Assembly: GCA_963725865.1 (NCBI GenBank)
Contig: CAVSAC010000010.1
Location: 864,001-928,000 of the forward strand
Origin: Candidatus Eiseniibacteriota bacterium
GTDB lineage: Bacteria; Eisenbacteria; RBG-16-71-46
DNA length: 64,000 bases
Reading direction: 5' to 3'
In this document: in pieces, positions 29,339 to 41,275 of the stretch
Numbering within the stretch: the stretch's first letter is position 1
How the letters are laid out: each line of letters opens with the position of its first letter
Notes under the pieces: model-generated
What the model was told of the DNA's origin: nothing
The model's input: only the letters and a program-made list of their open reading frames with translations
Database searches by the model: none
Translations under genes and position numbers: made by a program

Positions 29339-31854
29339 CGACCGCCGTTCACGAGGTTCAGCAGCAGCCGGTAGGCGCCCGGCACGCCGGCCGGGAGCTG
29401 GCGGAAGAAGCCGTAGCCGTCGTAGATGAACATCCCCTTGCCCACCCGCGCGGCGAGCAGCCCGCCGTCGCGCGCCGGCTCGCCGGGGTCGTGGCTCGAC
29501 AGCAGCGCGTCGTAGTGCGCGTCCCACTGGTCGGCGAAGTAGAGCCCGCGCTCCTGCACCCAGCCCTCGAAGTCGGCGGCGCCGATGCGATGCGGCTTCG
29601 CGAGCAGCACGTGATCGGGCTTCAGCAGCGTGACCGGCGCCTCCTCGACCGTGACGCGGTCGCGCGAGATGCGCAGCGGGTACGGCCACAGCGAGTCGCG
29701 CAGCCCGTCGTCGACCGTGTTGTACTGCACCAGCAGCGTGCCGCCCGCGCGCACCCAGTCGAGCAGCCGCGGCTGGAGCGCGCGCAGGCGCTCGCGCGTG
29801 TTGTACGCGCGCACCCCCGTCACGATGGTCGCGAAGCGCGCCAGGTCCGCGTCGGCGAGGTCGTCGTCGCCGAGCAGCGTGACGTGGTAGCCGCACTGGC
29901 GCAGCGCCTCGGGCACCGCGTCGCCGGGGCCCATCACGTACCCCACCTCGCCGCGGCCGGCGACCAGGTCGGCGCGCACCACGCGCGCCTCGGCGGGCGG
30001 GAACAGCGTCTGCTCGGGGATGTGCGGGTGCGCGATCGTCACCCGCGCGCGGTCCCAGCGCCCGCGGGCGCCCTCGAAGCGCGCGCCGAGCGTGCCCGCG
30101 AACGCGGCGGCACCGGGGCGCACCGTGAACCTCAGCGCCTGCTCGCCGCCGCCACCCGCGAGCGCGACCGCCGCGCGCGCCGGCTCGCAGGTCCAGCCGG
30201 CCGGCAGCGCGAGCGTCACCGTGCCGGCCACCGCGCGCGCGCCCGAACGCGCGGTCACGCGCACCGTCCGCGGCGCCCGGTCGGGGAACACGTACACCGC
30301 GCGGTCGAGCGCGAGCGTGACCGGCGGCTCGATGACCAGCGCGCGATAGCGCTCGCCCTCGACCGGGTCCACGCGCCGCGACAGGAACGGCACCTCGAAG
30401 CCGATCGTGTCGGCGCCGAAGCGCAGCACGAAGCGCGCGACCGGCGCGGCCGGCTCCTCCGGCCAGCCGATCAGCGCCGGATCGTCGACGTGGAAGCGCG
30501 CGCCATCGGCGGGCGCGCGCAGCCAGTAGGGCTGGCTGAGCGGCAGGTCCGCCGGCAGCACCACGGTGGCCTCCGCGGTCAGCGCGCGATTGACCGCCAG
30601 CGCCCGATAGACACCCGCGCGCCGCCCGACGCTGTCGGAGGCCGCGGCCTGCGCGCGGGCGCCGTACGGCAATGCGATGTCCACCAGCGCCGCGGGCGTG
30701 TCGGTGCGCACCAGCGCGAGCAGGTCGAGGTGCACGGTGTCGCCGGGCGCCGCCGCGGGCGGGCTCACGATCGCCTCGATCCACAGCCCCGCGCACGCGC
30801 GGATCACCTCGCGCAGTTCGGCGCGCTTGGCCGCGACGATCGCGTCGGCGGACGGCAGCGCGTCGAGTGCCGCCTTCGCGCGCATCAGCGCCGGCAGCGC
30901 CGCGGCCGGCCGGTCGGGGTCGAACGTGCGCTCGGCGTCGGCGAGTGCCGCGCCCACCGCGGCGCCGCCCGGCACCCGCGCCCACGTCAGGTCGATGCCC
31001 TCGAACAGGTCGGAGTCCGCCGGCGCGCCCGCGCGCAGCTCGAACTGATTCGGGATCCAGCCGCGCCGCTCGGCCGCGCCGAAGCCCTGGCTCTTGTGCA
31101 TGCTGCGGCTCTCGCCCGCGATCTCGGTGAACGAGCGCCCGAGCTCGGGACTGTAGGCACCGAGGTCCACGACCACCCGCCTGGCAGTCGATGGCCCGCC
31201 GCGGAACACGTTCCACATCAGGCGCCGCGCCTGCCACGGCGGACCGCACGCGGGGAAGCGCGCGGGATCGGCGGCCGCCGCGAACGCCTCCTCGGCGAGG
31301 ATCGCGGAGGCGGTGTGGTGCCCGTGGCCGCCGCTGCCGTCGGTCGGGAAGCGCGTGACGATCACGTCGGGCCGCACGCGGCGGATCACGCGCACGACGT
31401 CGCTCAGGATCGAGTCGCGCCCCCACTTGGCGAGCGTCTCGTCGGGCCCCTTCGAGAACCCGAAGTCGACCGCGCGCGTGAACCACTGCTGCGCCCCGTC
31501 GACGCGCCGCGCCTCGAGCAGCTCGTGGGTGCGGATCAGCCCCAGTTGATCGCCGAGCTCGCTGCCGATCAGGTTCTGCCCGCCGTCGCCACGAGTGAGC
31601 GACAGGTAGCCGGTGCGCACCAGCCGGCCCTGCGCGAGCCACGCCAGGAATGCGGTGTTCTCGTCGTCGGGGTGCGCCGCGATGTAGAGCGCGCTGCCCG
31701 TCACCTGGAGCCGGCGCAGCGCCAGCCGCAGCTGGGCGGCGTCCAGTGGCGCCGGCGGCCGCGGATCGGCGAGTGCCGCGAGCGGTGAGAGCACGGCCAG
31801 CACGGCGGCGGTGGCGGCGACGAGGGCGAGGCGGCGCACCGGGATCGAGGACAT
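29335..31854 (-). CDS. Exported PIG-L/LmbE family deacetylase with C-terminal extension
   Basis: GGAGG RBS; signal peptide; IAAHPDDEN, TRGDGGQNLIG, DFGFSK, HGHH, SMHKSQGFG, GWVQERGLYF, FFRQLPAGVPGAYRL. Confidence 0.9.
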   Translation of the reverse strand: MSSIPVRRLALVAATAAVLAVLSPLAALADPRPPAPLDAAQLRLALRRLQVTGSALYIAAHPDDENTAFLAWLAQGRLVRTGYLSLTRGDGGQNLIGSELGDQLGLIRTHELLEARRVDGAQQWFTRAVDFGFSKGPDETLAKWGRDSILSDVVRVIRRVRPDVIVTRFPTDGSGGHGHHTASAILAEEAFAAAADPARFPACGPPWQARRLMWNVFRGGPSTARRVVVDLGAYSPELGRSFTEIAGESRSMHKSQGFGAAERRGWIPNQFELRAGAPADSDLFEGIDLTWARVPGGAAVGAALADAERTFDPDRPAAALPALMRAKAALDALPSADAIVAAKRAELREVIRACAGLWIEAIVSPPAAAPGDTVHLDLLALVRTDTPAALVDIALPYGARAQAAASDSVGRRAGVYRALAVNRALTAEATVVLPADLPLSQPYWLRAPADGARFHVDDPALIGWPEEPAAPVARFVLRFGADTIGFEVPFLSRRVDPVEGERYRALVIEPPVTLALDRAVYVFPDRAPRTVRVTARSGARAVAGTVTLALPAGWTCEPARAAVALAGGGGEQALRFTVRPGAAAFAGTLGARFEGARGRWDRARVTIAHPHIPEQTLFPPAEARVVRADLVAGRGEVGYVMGPGDAVPEALRQCGYHVTLLGDDDLADADLARFATIVTGVRAYNTRERLRALQPRLLDWVRAGGTLLVQYNTVDDGLRDSLWPYPLRISRDRVTVEEAPVTLLKPDHVLLAKPHRIGAADFEGWVQERGLYFADQWDAHYDALLSSHDPGEPARDGGLLAARVGKGMFIYDGYGFFRQLPAGVPGAYRLLLNLVNGGR

Positions 31855-32079
31855 GCGGAACGACCTCCGTGGGTGTCGAGCCGATCGGAACGAGGTTGTC
31901 GCGCGCGCGGCGTGGCGCGCGGGGTGCGGCATGCTAGCACGGCCCTCGCGCGGGCGCGGCGACCGGCGACGTGCGCGGTCCAGGAGGGTGCGAACGCGGC
32001 CGCCGCGCGCTTCGCCGGACCCGCGACGCATGGTAGCCTCAAGTCGGTCTCAGCCCTCGGCACCCGCTCTGGAGAGTCC

Positions 32080-34566
32080 ATGCTCCGCATCCCGCTTGCG
32101 TCCTTCGCGGCCGCGCTCGCCCTGGCGCTGACGCTCCCCGCCGCACCCGCCCGCGCCGCCTCGCACGACGGCAATGTGGAGTGGGCCGGGCTCTCGCACG
32201 TCGCCTGGCAGGATCGCCGGCCGCTGTGTCCGGTGCTCAAGGAGTCGTTCCAGGTGCGCCTGCAGTCGTGGCGCGACGACCTCACCGCCGTGCGCGTGTT
32301 CTGGACCGACGGCGCCACCACGTCGTGGATCGATGCCGCGCGCTCCGCCACCCGTGGGCCGTACGACGTCTGGACCGCACAGCTGCCGGCCGCGGCGACC
32401 AACACGCCGAACTACTGGTTCCAGGTCATCGACGGCATCGACACCGACTACCTGAGCGTCAACGGCATCACGACCACGGTGCCGGTCGACGGCGGCTTCG
32501 CGCTCGACTTCCTGAACCTCACGCACGCCCCGCTCGGGGCGACGCCCGCGACCGGCGGCACGGTGTTCCGGGTGTGGGCGCCGACGCGCACGACCGCGTT
32601 CGTGCGCGGCGAGTTCAACGGCTGGGGCACCACCGCGATGGTGAAGACCGGCGAGTACTTCGCGATCTACGTCGCCGGCGCCGGCGCGCGCCAGCAGTAC
32701 AAGTACTTCTTCAACGGCATCACGTGGAACACCGACGCGCGCGCGCGCGCGCTCAATCCGGGCGACAGCTACAACGCCTACATCGAGAACCCGTTCGGCT
32801 ACACCTGGCACGACGCGGCCTATGTCACGCCGGCGTTCGAGCAGATGGTGGTCTACCAGCTCCACATCGGCACGTTTGCCGGGCGCAACGATCCGATGGG
32901 GGTCGCGACCTATCCGTCGCGCTTCATCGACGTCGCGGCGCGCGTGGGCTACCTCGACAGCCTCGGCGTGAACGCGGTGATGTTCAACCCGTTCACCGAG
33001 TTCCCGACCGACGCGTCGGCGGGCTACAACCCGGTCACGATGTGGTCACCGGAGTCCTGGTACGGCACGCCCGACCAGCTCAAGGCGATGGTGGATTCGC
33101 TGCACGCCCACGGCATCGCGGTGCTGCTCGACATCGTGTGGAACCACTTCTCGGCCACCGACAACAACCTCTGGAACTACGACGGCTCGCAGATCTACTT
33201 CGACACGCCCGCGGTCGACACGCCGTGGGGCTCGCAGGCCGACTTCGACCGTGGCCCGGTCCAGGACTACTTCGCCAACAGCGCGATGATGTGGCTCGAG
33301 GAGTACCACCTCGACGGCTACCGCATGGACGCCACCTCGTACATGACCATCCCCGGCCAGGGCGCTTCCGGCTGGGCGCTGATGCAGCGGCTCAACGACG
33401 AGGTCGACCGCCGCTGGGCGGACAAGATCGTGATCGCCGAGCAACTGCCCAACGACCAGGCGATCAGCACGCCGACCGCGCTCGGCGGCGCCGGCTTCGA
33501 CGCTCAGTACCACATGCAGTTCCGCGACAACGTCCGCCAGGCGATCTTCGACGCCGCATTCGGCGATCCCAACATGAACGCGGTCCGCAGCGCGCTGCTG
33601 GGCACCGGGACGTACATCAGCGGGCGGCGCGCGTTCGACTACCTCGAGCTGCACGACGAGGCGTGGCCCTCGAGCGGCGGCCAGCGCCTGATCAAGAACA
33701 TCGACAGTACCGCGCCGTACGACGACGTGTGGGCCAAGGGGCGCAGCAAGCTGGGCTTCGGGCTCACGCTCACCGCGCCCGCCATCCCGGCGCTGCTGAT
33801 GGGCACCGAGTGGCTCGAGGACACCGACTTCGATCCCAGCTCGACGCATCGTATCGATTGGTCGAAGAAAGTGACGTACTGGGACATCTGGGCGTTCTAC
33901 CGCGACCTGATCCACGCGCGGCGCTCGCTGTCGCCGCTGCGCTCCGACGCGAGCATCTACGTGTCGCACGTCAACGAGAGCGGCAACGTGATCGCGTTCC
34001 GGCGCTACGACGGCAGCGGCACCAGCATGATGGTGCTTGCGAACTTCTCGAACAACGACTACACCGGCTATCGCGTCGGCGTGCCGGCCGCCGGCGGCTG
34101 GATCGAGTCGATCGACAGCCAGTCGGCGCGCTACGGCGGCAACGGGCTCGACAACCCGGGCGTGCTCCAGACCGAGGCGGTGACCTACGACGGCTTCGCG
34201 CAGTCGCTGGTCCTCAACGTGCCGCGCATGGGCCTGCTGGTGCTGGGCCCGACCTCGCTGCTCGAGGTGGGCGCCGCCCCGGCGCCGCCGGCGCTGCGGT
34301 TCGGGCGCGTGGGCCCGGTGCCCGCGCGTGCCGGCCTGACGGTCGGCTTCGCGCTGCCGCGCGCCGCGCGCGCGCGCCTGGCGCTGGTGGACGTGAGCGG
34401 GCGCGCGGTGGCGACGCTGCTCGACGGGCCGCTGGACGCGGGCGAGCACAGCGTGCGCTGGGACGGACTCGACGGCCGCGGTCGGCGGGTGGGCGCCGGG
34501 GTCTACTTCCTGATGCTCGAGAGCGAGGGCGCGCGCGCCGTGAAGCGCGTGCCGGTGGTTCGATAG
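32080..34566 (+). CDS. Secreted GH13 alpha-glucan enzyme (CBM48, branching-enzyme/TreZ-like) with FlgD-Ig C-terminal domain
   Basis: Signal peptide; FRVWAP (CBM48); YQLHIGTF; LDIVWNH; DGYRMDAT; IAEQ; ELHDE; ends WDGLDGRGRRVGAGVYF. Confidence 0.9.
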   Translation: MLRIPLASFAAALALALTLPAAPARAASHDGNVEWAGLSHVAWQDRRPLCPVLKESFQVRLQSWRDDLTAVRVFWTDGATTSWIDAARSATRGPYDVWTAQLPAAATNTPNYWFQVIDGIDTDYLSVNGITTTVPVDGGFALDFLNLTHAPLGATPATGGTVFRVWAPTRTTAFVRGEFNGWGTTAMVKTGEYFAIYVAGAGARQQYKYFFNGITWNTDARARALNPGDSYNAYIENPFGYTWHDAAYVTPAFEQMVVYQLHIGTFAGRNDPMGVATYPSRFIDVAARVGYLDSLGVNAVMFNPFTEFPTDASAGYNPVTMWSPESWYGTPDQLKAMVDSLHAHGIAVLLDIVWNHFSATDNNLWNYDGSQIYFDTPAVDTPWGSQADFDRGPVQDYFANSAMMWLEEYHLDGYRMDATSYMTIPGQGASGWALMQRLNDEVDRRWADKIVIAEQLPNDQAISTPTALGGAGFDAQYHMQFRDNVRQAIFDAAFGDPNMNAVRSALLGTGTYISGRRAFDYLELHDEAWPSSGGQRLIKNIDSTAPYDDVWAKGRSKLGFGLTLTAPAIPALLMGTEWLEDTDFDPSSTHRIDWSKKVTYWDIWAFYRDLIHARRSLSPLRSDASIYVSHVNESGNVIAFRRYDGSGTSMMVLANFSNNDYTGYRVGVPAAGGWIESIDSQSARYGGNGLDNPGVLQTEAVTYDGFAQSLVLNVPRMGLLVLGPTSLLEVGAAPAPPALRFGRVGPVPARAGLTVGFALPRAARARLALVDVSGRAVATLLDGPLDAGEHSVRWDGLDGRGRRVGAGVYFLMLESEGARAVKRVPVVR

Positions 34567-34800
34567 CGGTTCACGACCGCGCAGTCCGACGCCTCGGTGC
34601 CCGGCGCCGGGGCGTCGTCGTTTCGGCCGGCGTGGTCGCCGCGCGGCGATTCGGTCCTTGAACCCGCGAGCGCCGCGGGCCTAGCATCGAGCCATCGCCC
34701 GCCCCGAAAGGCGACCGCGCGACCCTCGAGGACCGACCCGCGAGCCCTGGCTACCCGTTCGAAGCGCCGCCCAGCATCGTCATCGAACCGGAGCCCCACC

Positions 34801-36334
34801 GTGGACCGCTCGCGCTCCTCTGCTTCTCGTTCGCGCTTCGCCGTACTCGTCACCGCTTCCACCACGGCCGCGGCACTGATGATCGCGGCGCTCGTCGCGC
34901 TCCCGGCACCCGCCCACGCGCTGATCCCGCGGGTCTCGGCCTGCACGCCGGCCGGCTGGTCCGCGCCGGCGGTGCCGCGCGTGGACCCCGACGCCACCGA
35001 CACGCTCAGCGTCCAGGCGTCGCCGCAGCTGCGGACCGATCAGCCGACCTGGTTCTGCTGGGGCTCGTGTGGCAACGCGGCGGCGGGCGGCGGCTGGACG
35101 GACGCGCTCTATCTGGACGGCTCGCTGATCTCGGTCGTCGGGCGGCCCCACGACCCGCGCTTCGTCTCGCACACGTTCTTCTCGCTCAACGACGGGCCGG
35201 TGTGGGTGAGCGGCGGCCGGCATACGCTGATGGTGCACGCCGATCTCTACGGCCAGATGCTCGACGGCCCGGGCGACCTGGGGGACGACTTCGCGTACGT
35301 CGCCTACCTGTGGCCGGCCAAGCCCGCGACGTGGGGCGTCGGTCAGGGTGTGCCGTTGCCGCCACCGCCCACCACCGTTTACGGCGGTCCGCCAAATTGC
35401 TCGGCATATTCGCTCCAGCGCCCCGCGATCTTCCCGTGGTGCGTGTCGGTGACGGGCAGCACCAACCCGAGCTTGATCCTCTACGACGACTACGTGAACT
35501 CCACCACCGGCTACAGCCACCAGGTCGGCGCGGCGGCGCCGGCCGGCGACACGCTCGACCTGGTGGTGGGGCAGGGCGATCCCACGCCCGACACGCTGTA
35601 CGCGGGACTCGCTCAGGGTCCCGAGCCGCCCCCGTCGTATCCGTCCTGCACGCTCTACTCGAGCGACGCCTCGGGCCACGTCGGGACCGCCGGCTCGCTG
35701 TGGCCGTCGGTGGCGCTGCCGGCCGGCGCGGTCGGGCAGGTGTTTCGACTGACGCTTCAAGCTGGGAACGCGTACCCGCTGCTGCTGTCGAGCCTGACCG
35801 GCACCGCCGACCTCGCGTTCGCGCTGTTCCCGCCCGGCAGCGGCGGCGTGTTCACGCTGAAGGACGCGATCGCCTACTCGGTGCCGCGCACGACGACGCT
35901 GCTCGACAGCCTGGTGTTCGTGCCGCCGGCGACCGGCGACTATCCGCTGGTGGTCTACCGCGTGACCCGCGCCGGGCTCGACGCCCCCACCAGTTACTCG
36001 CTGCAAGTCGGCACCGCGACGCTCGGCGCACCCGTCATCGTGCCCGAGCCCGCGCTGTCGCTCGAGCTACTCGGTGCCTCGCCCAACCCGGTGCGAGGCG
36101 CGGCGCGTCTCGCGTTCTCGCTGCCCTCGGCCGGCCACGTGACGCTGGCGCTCCACGACGTGCAGGGCCGCCGCGTCCGCACGCTGGTCGACGTCGAGCT
36201 GCCCGCGGGCAGCCACGCCGTCTCGTGGGACGGCCGCGACGACGCCGGAGTCCGGGTGCCGGCGGGCTCGTACTGGATGAAGCTGGTGACCGCCGACGGC
36301 GACCCGCAGCCGCCCGGTCACCGTCACGCGCTGA
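34801..36334 (+). CDS. Secreted protein with FlgD-Ig C-terminal domain, paralog 1 (extra G at about 36301 shifts the last codons; unshifted ORF runs to 36399)
   Basis: GTG start VDRSRS... with signal peptide; homologous to the 36421 gene along its length; alignment with the paralog shows a 1-nt insertion and restores TGA at 36332-36334. Confidence 0.8.
36040..36334 (+). repeat. Direct repeat copy 1 of the FlgD-domain coding segment
   Basis: Highly similar at the nucleotide level to 37648-37941, e.g. shared GCTCCACGACGTGCAGGGCCGCCGCGTCCGCACGCTGGTCGAC. Confidence 0.85.
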
Positions 36335-36420
36335 CCTGGAGGACGCTGCGGCGCGACCTGCCCGAGTCGCCGGGAGCGCCGCGGTGTCGTTCCGCATAGT
36401 CGTCGGACTGGAGCCTCGCC

Positions 36421-37941
36421 ATGAATCGCTCGCGCCTCGCCGAATCCCTCTCGCGCGTGATCGCGCGCGCATCGTCCTCTCGCTCCTCGCTCGCCCTCGC
36501 GCTGATCGCGGCGCTCGCCGTGATCCCGGGCAGCGCGCACGCGCTCATCGATCGCTGCAGCGCCTGCGCGCCCCCGGGCTGGACCGCGCCCGTGGTGCCC
36601 CGCACCACCGGGGACGCGGTCGACTCGATTGCATTCGCGGTCCCGCTGTCGCCCGTGCTGGTCGGCGGCGGGACCACGTTCCTGAACTGGGCCGCGTGCG
36701 GGAACGAGGCGGCGCAGGGCGGCTGGACCGACCAGCTCTCGCTGGACGGCGAACCCATCGAGACGCTGGTGCGCCCCGTGGACCCGCGCTGGATCACGCA
36801 CTACTTCCGCGCGGTGAACCAGGGCCCCACCATCATCCGCGGCGGCCGCCACACGCTGCGCGACAGCGTGGACATCTACTACCGGTCGGGTGAGGGGATC
36901 GGCAGCCGCGGCGACAACGTGTGGTACGGGCAGTGGGTGTGGAGTCCGATCGCGCTCCCATGGAGTCCGACTGGCTACTGGCGCGTCGCGCCGCCTCAAC
37001 GCGGCCCCGGCGCGATCCCCAACAGTGACGGTCTCGCGTTCACCCGCCCGGGCGGTTACCCGTGGTGCGTCGCGATCGCGATCGCGGGCGCCGCCGACAA
37101 CGACCTCGTCCTCTACGACGACTACGTCGACGCGACCAGCGGATTCAGCCACGCGCTCGCGACCTCGGCGTGCGGCGCCGACAGCACCGAGCTGGTGGTC
37201 GGGCACGACGCCGGCACGCCGCTGACGTTCTACCCCGGCATCGTGAGCGGTGTCACGGCCGCGGCGAACTACTGCGTGCTCTCGGTTGCCGACGCGACGT
37301 CGCACACCGGGACGGCGACCAGCACCTGGAGCAACGTGCTCCTGTACGGCTACCACGTCGCCGACGTGTATCGCGTCCACCTCGATGCCGGGCAGTCCGT
37401 GGGCATGACCGTGACGCGCACCGGCGGCACGTCGACCCTGGCGCTCGCGGTGTTCCCCGCCGGATCGGGCGGCGTGTACTCCCGCCGGCAGGCGCTCGCG
37501 GCTTCGACGTCGCAGGACGCGCAGATGGCGACGCTGAACTTCGCGCCGCCGGCGACCGGCGAGTATCCGGTGGTGGTGTTCCGCGCCAGCCTCGCGGGGG
37601 CGACCGAGAACGCCAACTACACGCTGGCGCTCGGGCAGCCGCTCGCGGTGCCCGAACCCACGCTGTCACTCGAGCTGCTCGGCGCCTCGCCCAATCCGGT
37701 GCGGGGGGCGTCGCGGCTCGCGTTCTCGCTGCCCGCCGCCGGGCACGTGACGCTCGCGCTCCACGACGTGCAGGGCCGCCGCGTCCGCACGCTGGTCGAC
37801 GCCGCGCTGCCCGCGGGCAGCCACGCCGTCTCGTGGGACGGCCGCGACGATGCCGGCGCCCGGGTGCCGGCGGGCTCCTACTGGATGAAGCTGGTGACCG
37901 CCGACGGCACCCGCAGCCGTCCGCTCATCGTCACGCGCTGA
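36421..37941 (+). CDS. Secreted protein with FlgD-Ig C-terminal domain, paralog 2
   Basis: Signal peptide; SACAPPGWTAPVVPR, GGWTD..LDG, GGRHTL, LYDDYV and PPATGEYP shared with paralog 1; ends WDGRDDAGARVPAGSYWMKL. Confidence 0.85.
   Translation: MNRSRLAESLSRVIARASSSRSSLALALIAALAVIPGSAHALIDRCSACAPPGWTAPVVPRTTGDAVDSIAFAVPLSPVLVGGGTTFLNWAACGNEAAQGGWTDQLSLDGEPIETLVRPVDPRWITHYFRAVNQGPTIIRGGRHTLRDSVDIYYRSGEGIGSRGDNVWYGQWVWSPIALPWSPTGYWRVAPPQRGPGAIPNSDGLAFTRPGGYPWCVAIAIAGAADNDLVLYDDYVDATSGFSHALATSACGADSTELVVGHDAGTPLTFYPGIVSGVTAAANYCVLSVADATSHTGTATSTWSNVLLYGYHVADVYRVHLDAGQSVGMTVTRTGGTSTLALAVFPAGSGGVYSRRQALAASTSQDAQMATLNFAPPATGEYPVVVFRASLAGATENANYTLALGQPLAVPEPTLSLELLGASPNPVRGASRLAFSLPAAGHVTLALHDVQGRRVRTLVDAALPAGSHAVSWDGRDDAGARVPAGSYWMKLVTADGTRSRPLIVTR
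37648..37941 (+). repeat. Direct repeat copy 2 of the FlgD-domain coding segment
   Basis: See 36040-36334. Confidence 0.85.
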
Positions 37942-38054
37942 ATCCAACCGCAGGGCGGAGGCGTTTCCCCGCCTCCACCGTGCCTGATATCCTCCGGGAC
38001 GATTCGCCCCCACGGCGTCTCTTCGCCACGCCGAACCTGGAGGTCCGACCCATC

Positions 38055-39268
38055 ATGGGCATCAGCCTGCTCGCGAAATCCATCGCCGAGTCGCCCACGC
38101 TGAAGCTGAACGAGGAGGCCCGCCTGCTGCGCGAGAAGGGCGAGGCCGTGATCCATCTCGGGATCGGCGAGCCGAAGAACAAGGCTCCGATCGCGGCCAT
38201 CCTGTCGGCGGCCGCCAAGCTCTCCGTGGGCGACATCAAATACTGCCCGACCGACGGCGTGCCGTCGCTCAAGAAGGCCATCGTCCGCTACACCGAGGAG
38301 GCCTACGACAAGGTCGTGGGCGCCGAGAACGTGATCGTCTCCTCGGGTGCCAAGCAGTCGCTCTACAACCTCCTCTACTGCCTGCTCAACCCGCAGGACG
38401 AGGTGGTGGTGCTGGCGCCCTACTGGGTGTCGTACCCCGAGATGGTCCGCATGGTGTACGGCATCCCGGTGATCGTCACACCCGAGGACGGCTCGTTCGT
38501 CCCGCGCTTCGAGGAGATCGAGCGGGCGATCACCTCCAGCACCCGCGTGATCCTCGTCAACAGCCCCAACAACCCGTCGGGCGCGGTGTTCCCCGACGCG
38601 CTGATCGAGAAGATCGTCGGGCTGTGCGAGCGCAAGGGCATCTACCTGATCATGGACGACATCTATCACAAGCTCGTGTTCGACGGCGTGCGTCCCGCCC
38701 CCGGCTGGCGCTTCACCGACAGGGACATCGAGTCGACCAAGGTGATCGTCGTCAACGGCATCTCGAAGCTCTACGGCATGACCGGCTTCCGCATCGGCTG
38801 GACGGTCGCCCCCAAGGAGCTGGTGCAGACCATGACCAACGTGCAGGCGCAGACCACCTCGTGCGCCTCGCTCGTCATGCAGGCCGGCGCGGAGGGCGCG
38901 CTGACCGGGCTGCAGAGCCAGGTCGAGTCGCTGCGCCTGACGATCCAGAACAACCGCGACGTGATGATGCAGGAGCTGACGTCTTTCTCGGGCGTGAAGT
39001 GCGTGAAGCCGCAGGGCACGTTCTACTGCATGCCCGACATGCGCGCCTACGAGAAGGACTCGGTGAAGCTGAGCGAGTTCCTGCTCAAGAAGGCCCGCGT
39101 GGTGACCGTGCCCGGCAAGGAGTTCGGGATGGAGGGGCACCTGCGCCTCTCGTACGCCGGCACCGTGAAGGACGTGACCGAGGGCGTCGCGCGGATGAAG
39201 TGGGCGCTCGACGCCAAGGCGCCGACCGAGATCTACATCGGCGACCGCAAGCTGGTGAGGGACTGGCT

Positions 39269-39272
<4 letters not shown>
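38055..39272 (+). CDS. PLP-dependent class I/II aminotransferase (aspartate aminotransferase-like)
   Basis: GGAGG RBS; LGIGEP, SSGAKQSLYN, PYWVSY, NSPNNPSG, DDIY, SKLYGMTGFRIG (PLP lysine). Confidence 0.92.
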
Positions 39273-40930
<1,658 letters not shown>

Positions 40931-40960
40931 GCGCTGGCTGGGCTAGAGCGTCAGAACACG

Positions 40961-40996
40961 AAGCGCCGGAGTCCGAGAGGGCTCCGGCGCTTTGGT
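40961..40996 (+). terminator. Intrinsic terminator after pckA
   Basis: AAGCGCCGGAGTCC-gaga-GGGCTCCGGCGCTT followed by TGGT. Confidence 0.65.
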
Positions 40997-41275
40997 GTGA
41001 TGGTGCGAGCACGTCGGGGCTCGCCATGGGCTCGGGCTGGATCAAACGAACCCCTTGACAGCCTATTCGGACCCGACGTGCGCAGGTCACGGCCGCGCGC
41101 GGATCGCGCACGAGCGCGCGGTGGATGCGCGCGGGTGGCATTTTGCCGCTGAGCGACAGTCGGCTTTCGTAACGAGTCGCGATGTGCGCAGTGCGCGCAC
41201 GCACGAGCGTCTCGAACACCTATGGTAGAAAGCGAGCGTGCCCCCGCGACTGAGCCCCCATTGCGGAGTCCCGCC

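Noticed and set aside
36335..36399. Unique C-terminal extension on paralog 1
   Set aside because: Explained by a single extra G near 36301 relative to paralog 2.
36040..37941. DGR template/variable repeat pair
   Set aside because: Both copies are coding, differences are not adenine-specific, and no reverse transcriptase is in the window.
41055..41085. Sigma-70 promoter at TTGACA
   Set aside because: No credible -10 hexamer 16-18 nt downstream.
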